DNA of 64,000 nucleotides, from NCBI GenBank assembly GCA_977017645.1, contig OZ360236.1:39370001-39434000 (forward strand), written 5' to 3'. Positions 61,457 to 64,000 of the stretch are shown piece by piece. The DNA is from Torpedo marmorata (lineage: Eukaryota). Below the pieces are notes generated by a model that made no database searches, was not told the origin of the DNA, and saw only the letters and a program-made list of their open reading frames with translations. The translations under genes and the position numbers were made by a program. Every line of letters begins with the position of its first letter. Position 1 is the stretch's first letter.

Positions 61457-62299
61457 GAACCTTGAGGCCATGCGTTAGGAGCACACAGAACATTTGTGCA
61501 ACCAACAGATGCAGAAATGACTCACCTTCCAGATCCATCAGGCATCTCCCAATCCATGTGTGAAAGAGACTGGAGATCCCATATTGGCCTCATCAGCCAC
61601 ATCAGAAATTAGAAAACCAATGTGAAAGCAAGTCACCCTTGATTCCAGGAGACTGAGAAGAAAATGATCTACTGGTTTTCTACAATGGCATTTATTCCAT
61701 TGCGAGAAATTTATCCAATCATTATGACCAAATAAGGATCACGTGAATTGCAGGAGAATTTGATAAATTCTGGATATCATCTGCGTATGTACTGGAAAAA
61801 AAACCCAGAAAATCTATAGCACAAAAATCAAACTTTCCTTGAGTTCTAAATTGTGGAATGATCCTCGAGTACAAACGGTTAAGTAACAAAATTCTCAGTT
61901 ATTTGGCAAAGAACCTTGGATTGTTTTGTTTTGCGTTTATATCAAGGCACACTAACTCCTGAAAGTACAAGGAGCAGCCAACTGATAAACCTACCGAAGG
62001 CAAAACTTTTCACAGAAGCTAGGCCTATGCTGCAAGATGCTAACAACAGAAGACAATACAATGAGTGTAACCGGCAATCGATATACCAGGAGAACAAGGT
62101 CGAGGTGACTGATCTGGAACTAATTGTACAGTTGATAACTGGCCCACAACAATGGGTGTGAACTTCAGAACAATTGTAGTCGGCAGCTGTGGGAACTACA
62201 GTGGAAGCAGACAATTTGCAGTCATACCAGGAACTAATCTGAGGAACATTTATAGCAACTATCAGTTAAATCGATGGACTGAAAGTAGAATAATTTTAC

Positions 62300-62546
62300 A
62301 CCCACCCAGCCATCCCTCCTCCCCATCTTTGCTGCTGTCCCCTCCCTCCTTTCTCCACCTATCATCTCCTGCCTTTGCCACCCCCTTTCCCCCCTCACTC
62401 TTTTGTTCGGACGCCTGCCGGCATTTTCTCATTCTTTGATGAAGGGCTCAAGCCCGAAACGTCGGTTATGTATTTCTACCTTTGCTACATAAAATACACT
62501 GTTTGACCTGCTGAGTTTCTCCAGCATTTGTATTTTTTACTTTTAC
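62300..62546 (+). mobile_element. Penelope terminal fragment with an intact hammerhead-like motif (62436-62463)
   Basis: Closely matches 41027-41270; 14-bp TSD aagtagaataattt (62283-62296 and 62547-62560). Confidence 0.9.
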
Positions 62547-62599
62547 AAGTAGAATAATTTAAAAGACTTGTACATATAATAGAGATTTGTAATATTGTT

Positions 62600-62865
62600 G
62601 GGCGGCACGGTTGGCATAGCAGTTAGCGCAATGCCTTTACAGCGCCAGCGATTGGGACTGGGGTTCGAATCCCGCACTGTCTGTAAGGAGTTGGTACGTT
62701 CTCCCCATGTCTGCGTGGGTTTTCCCCGAGTGCTCTGGTTTCCTCTCAAAGTTTGAAACGTACTGGGGGTGTAGGTTAGAGTGTAAATTGGGTGGCATGG
62801 ACTCGTGGGCCGAAATTGCCTGTTACCATGCTGTATGCCTAAATTTAAAATTAAATTTTTTTTAA
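62600..62865 (+). mobile_element. V-SINE (HE1-like)
   Basis: gggcggcacggttggcatag head, ggggttcgaatccc box B, V-domain. Confidence 0.88.
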
Positions 62866-63867
62866 AGATTATCGATTGTATTGTAGAAGGTATAACACAG
62901 AACCTCAATAAAACTATTTGATGTAAATTACAAAGTCGAACTTCTATAATGAATTGTAGGGTTGGAAAGTCGGTTCCTACAATATTGGTATCAACTCGAT
63001 TCATGGCTAGCTGCAAGAACGATGAGTGTATTTTCTCACTTTTGTAAGTGTCCTACTAGTTACCTTGAATGTGGAGGATGAACCAATCGATATTTCATCA
63101 AAGACAGGAAATCCAAAATGATTATTGTTTATGTGACATACCAGTCAGATTGAAGTTAATCACATTTCAGATTAATTTGTGCTGTGGCAGGTCACGTAAT
63201 GCAGCTGCCTTTAGACTTGCTCTTGCACGATTAGGTTATAACTTTTGTAGCCTGCTAAGATTCTGAAAGTGTGAGTGATTATATCAGCGCAAGGGACAGG
63301 AGGCATCTGGGACAGGAATGAACAGGGCAAGCAACTCAAATGATCAGGAGAAAGGTTGCGAAAACAATAACTCAAAGGACTGAGTTGGAAATGTTCATTG
63401 TGTTAAATCTGGTTCTGAAAGAGAAAGGAAAATAAATAAACAACATGGATAGAGAGAAAGAGGAAGAAGACAAAAGGGAAAGAGAAAAAAGAGATATTAA
63501 AAAAAAAATTCTGACAGTTTATGAATTATGAAGAATATTTAATTCCTGAAAGATTCCACACTTATAGTTGTTAATTTTCAGTACTTGAGTGGTTGATTGG
63601 AGGAATGAACACTTACAGCATTGTCAGCTAAATTTTGGGATTAGTTCATGCCTAATATGAAGATACAGCATCGTCAGACTGTTTAGCAAATTTGTATTGA
63701 TGATCTACAATTGTTGAAGAAAATAGATTGGTCAGAATAATCAAGTTGTACATAATATATCATCCCATTACCATATTAATTGTTTGTATAAAGTGATGAT
63801 AACAGGGCTGTCACAATGCATGGAGTGTTATTGTATAGGCTGAGCTTGTGCCCAGTTGTGAGACATG

Positions 63868-64000
63868 TTGAGGTTTATAAATCATGAGGGGCATAGATTA
63901 GATGGTTAGTCATATTTTTCCCCATAGTTGGGGAGTCTAAAATGCAAGTGTATATATTTAAGGTAAAAGAGGAAAGATTTAAGAAGGATCTGAAGGTCAA
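63868..64000 (+). mobile_element. CR1 3' fragment running off the end of the window
   Basis: gaggtttataaatcatgaggggcatagat..tttttccc..gagtctaaaa..tttaagg, typical of CR1 3' ends. Confidence 0.7.

Larger units (their letters stand above)
47250..61660 (+). mobile_element. Ancient RTE-like LINE remnant fragmented by nested insertions
   Basis: Pieces at 47250-47670, 47885-48015, 51962-52070, 54300-54470 (PYLGSHFSVKSDIDDKIHH), 54656-54735, 54973-55256, 61119-61196 and 61456-61660 resemble successive RTE ORF segments. Confidence 0.6.

Overview
This is vertebrate genomic DNA, inferred to be from a cartilaginous fish (shark/ray/skate) because of its V-SINE/HE1-like SINEs, CR1, Rex1/Babar, Penelope and fish-type L1 repertoire. 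The first 20 kb holds the last seven coding exons of PREX1 (+ strand, C-terminal IP4P-like domain, stop at 16308-16310) and a putative ~3 kb 3' UTR. The remaining ~44 kb has no recognisable host gene and is built from nested transposable elements: one full-length and two truncated L1s with TSDs, Rex1/Babar, CR1 and RTE LINEs, GIY-YIG Penelope-like elements (PLEs), several solo LTRs, hAT and Tc1/mariner-type MITEs, and tRNA-derived SINEs. The main unexplained structure is linked to Penelope. Many PLE termini carry a minimal hammerhead-ribozyme-like motif. Three short, TSD-flanked, self-complementary elements consist only of that terminus. A ~0.7 kb-per-arm foldback (25264-28931) is bracketed by PLE termini and hidden by two later insertions. 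No CRISPR, rRNA or genuine tRNA genes were seen. All family assignments come from motif recognition by eye, not from database searches.
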